Shown here piece after piece: positions 35,479 through 37,501 of a stretch of DNA of 37,501 nt. The notes below the pieces were generated by a model. That model saw only the letters and a list, made by a program, of their open reading frames with translations. It was not told the DNA's origin and searched no databases. Origin of the DNA: Octopus bimaculoides (lineage: Eukaryota); the NCBI RefSeq assembly GCF_001194135.2, contig NC_068985.1:28109856-28147356 (forward strand). The letters run 5' to 3'. The position numbers and the translations under genes were made by a program. Each line of letters opens with the position of its first letter. Positions within the stretch are counted from its first letter, which is position 1.

Positions 35479-35975
35479 CCTTTCTAGTAAAGGCACAAGG
35501 CCTGAAAAGTAAAGCACCGCGGAAATACTGGTCATTATTTCGTGAGACGGACTAACGGTTCTTCTAGGTCGCCGCCTAATCCATAATGATAATCCTTAAT
35601 TCTATTATAGGCACAATGCCTGAAACTTTGTGTGAGGAGGAGACTAGTCGATTGCCGACCCCGAAAGGATGAATGGCAAAGTCGACCTCGGTGGAATTTG
35701 AACTCAGAATGTAAAGACGGACGAAATGCCGCTAAGCATATAATCCGGCGTGCTAACGATTCTGCCAGCTCGCCGCCTTAATAATAACAATTTCAAATTT
35801 TAGTACAAGGCCAGCAAGTTTGGTGGGAGGGGTGTTTAACTGGTGCTTATTTTATCGAGCCCGAAAGGATGAAAAAAGGCAAAGTCGATCTCGGCGGAAT
35901 TTGAACTCAGAACATAAAGTCGGACGAAATTACCGCCCGACGTACTAACGCTTCTGCCATCGCGCCATCTTAATC
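34340..35975 (-). mobile_element. Head-to-tail cluster of about 7 diverged SINE family B copies
   Basis: Repeated GGCACAAGGCC..GAAA..TT tail, GAAAGGATGAA.GGCAAAGTCGA core and CTGCCAGCTCGCCGCCTTAAT head, separated by TAA-rich spacers. Confidence 0.85.
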
Positions 35976-36179
35976 ATAATAATCCTCAGCATGAATAAAA
36001 TGTAGAAGAAGAAAATAAAAAGAAAAGAAAAGAGATAAATGAAAAAAAAAACAAAAAACAAAACAAAACAAAACAAAACAAAGCATCTCATTCATGCGTA
36101 GGCGGATTGGGCAGCTTGTGAATTAATTCGAGTTCTTGGTGAATGAATCAAACACGAGAACGGAGAGGGGGAGGGTGGG

Positions 36180-36373
36180 GGATATGCGGAGGAAAGTAGT
36201 AGTAGGAGGAGTACGAGATACGGGACTGAAGGTAGCAGCGGCAGCGGTGGTGAGCCGTAGTGGTGGTGGTGGTGGTGGTGGTAGTGGTGATGGTGGCACT
36301 AATATAGTGATAGTGGAAGATGCTGAAGTGAAGGTGGAGTACACCGAGGAAGAACAGCAGTATTATTATCATT

Positions 36374-36441
<68 letters not shown>

Positions 36442-37079
36442 GTCATCATCNNNNNNNNNNNNNNNNNNNNNNNNNNNNNNNNNNNNNNNNNNNNNNNNNN
36501 NNNNNNNNNNNNNNNNNNNNNNNNNNNNNNNNNNNNNNNNNNNNNNNNNNNNNNNNNNNNNNNNNNNNNNNNNNNNNNNNNNNNNNNNNNNNNNNNNNNN
36601 NNNNNNNNNNNNNNNNNNNNNNNNNNNNNNNNNNNNNNNNNNNNNNNNNNNNNNNNNNNNNNNNNNNNNNNNNNNNNNNNNNNNNNNNNNNNNNNNNNNN
36701 NNNNNNNNNNNNNNNNNNNNNNNNNNNNNNNNNNNNNNNNNNNNNNNNNNNNNNNNNNNNNNNNNNNNNNNNNNNNNNNNNNNNNNNNNNNNNNNNNNNN
36801 NNNNNNNNNNNNNNNNNNNNNNNNNNNNNNNNNNNNNNNNNNNNNNNNNNNNNNNNNNNNNNNNNNNNNNNNNNNNNNNNNNNNNNNNNNNNNNNNNNNN
36901 NNNNNNNNNNNNNNNNNNNNNNNNNNNNNNNNNNNNNNNNNNNNNNNNNNNNNNNNNNNNNNNNNNNNNNNNNNNNNNNNNNNNNNNNNNNNNNNNNNNN
37001 NNNNNNNNNNNNNNNNNNNNNNNNNNNNNNNNNNNNNNNNNNNNNNNNNNNNNNNNNNNNNNNNNNNNNNNNNNNNNNN

Positions 37080-37116
<37 letters not shown>

Positions 37117-37501
37117 GTAGTAGTAGTAGTAGTAGTGGTGGTAAGATGTGTAGATCGTAGAGGGATGATGACAGTGGTAGTGTTGTTGTTGCTGTTGTTG
37201 GTGATGGTGATGGTGGTGGTGGTGGTGGTGGTGATGATGATGCTAGTGTTGGTGATAGAGGCTGAAGAGAATGTAGAATACGACGAAGAAGTGTAGTGGG
37301 GGAGAGGAGGTGGAGTGAAAAGAGTTGTAGCAGTAGCAGTAGTAGTAAAAGTAGTAGTTGTAGATGTCCTGTTGTTGTTTGCAGTAGTGGTGGTGGTGCC
37401 AGTGATGGTGGTGGTGGTGGTGGTGGTGGTGTCGTGCGGTAGTTGTGGAGATGGTGTTAGTGGTGGTGGTGGTGGTGTTGATGATGGTGTTGTTGTTGTT
37501 G
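36180..37501. repeat. GGT/TAG/CAT/CGT/TAT trinucleotide low-complexity region around a gap
   Basis: Direct reading of the sequence. Confidence 0.92.

Noticed and set aside
34340-35975. CRISPR-like repeat-spacer pattern
   Set aside because: Repeats are ~200-bp diverged SINEs in a eukaryotic context, with no cas genes
36136-37296. His/Arg-run ORF resembling a transcription-factor low-complexity region
   Set aside because: Built from CAT, CGT and GGT repeats plus a gap; no recognisable domain

Overview
AT-rich, repeat-dense eukaryotic DNA with about 5 kb of N gaps, most of them flanked by microsatellites. The SINE families and simple-repeat content look like an Octopus genome; this is my recognition, not a database result. 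There is no prokaryotic operon, CRISPR array, rRNA or true tRNA, and almost all ORFs in the supplied track are microsatellite or gap artefacts. The window contains many tRNA-derived SINEs of three families, two tandem decayed L1/Tx1-type elements (zinc-knuckle ORF1 joined directly to the ORF2 C-terminus/3' end, with no EN or RT), an RLE-LINE 3' end flanked by (TATG)n, an RTE 3' end, a DD37D Tc1/mariner fragment, a hAT MITE with an 8-bp TSD, and an element flanked by (TAA)n. The most notable signals are (1) a type I minimal hammerhead ribozyme motif with a palindromic stem III at 16517-16572, (2) a 153-bp near-perfect hairpin at 9344-9496, (3) a SINE 3' tail matching the 3' end of the Tx1-like element in this window, and (4) three minus-strand exons, including a 17-nt microexon, that splice in frame to a GPI-signal-like C-terminus.
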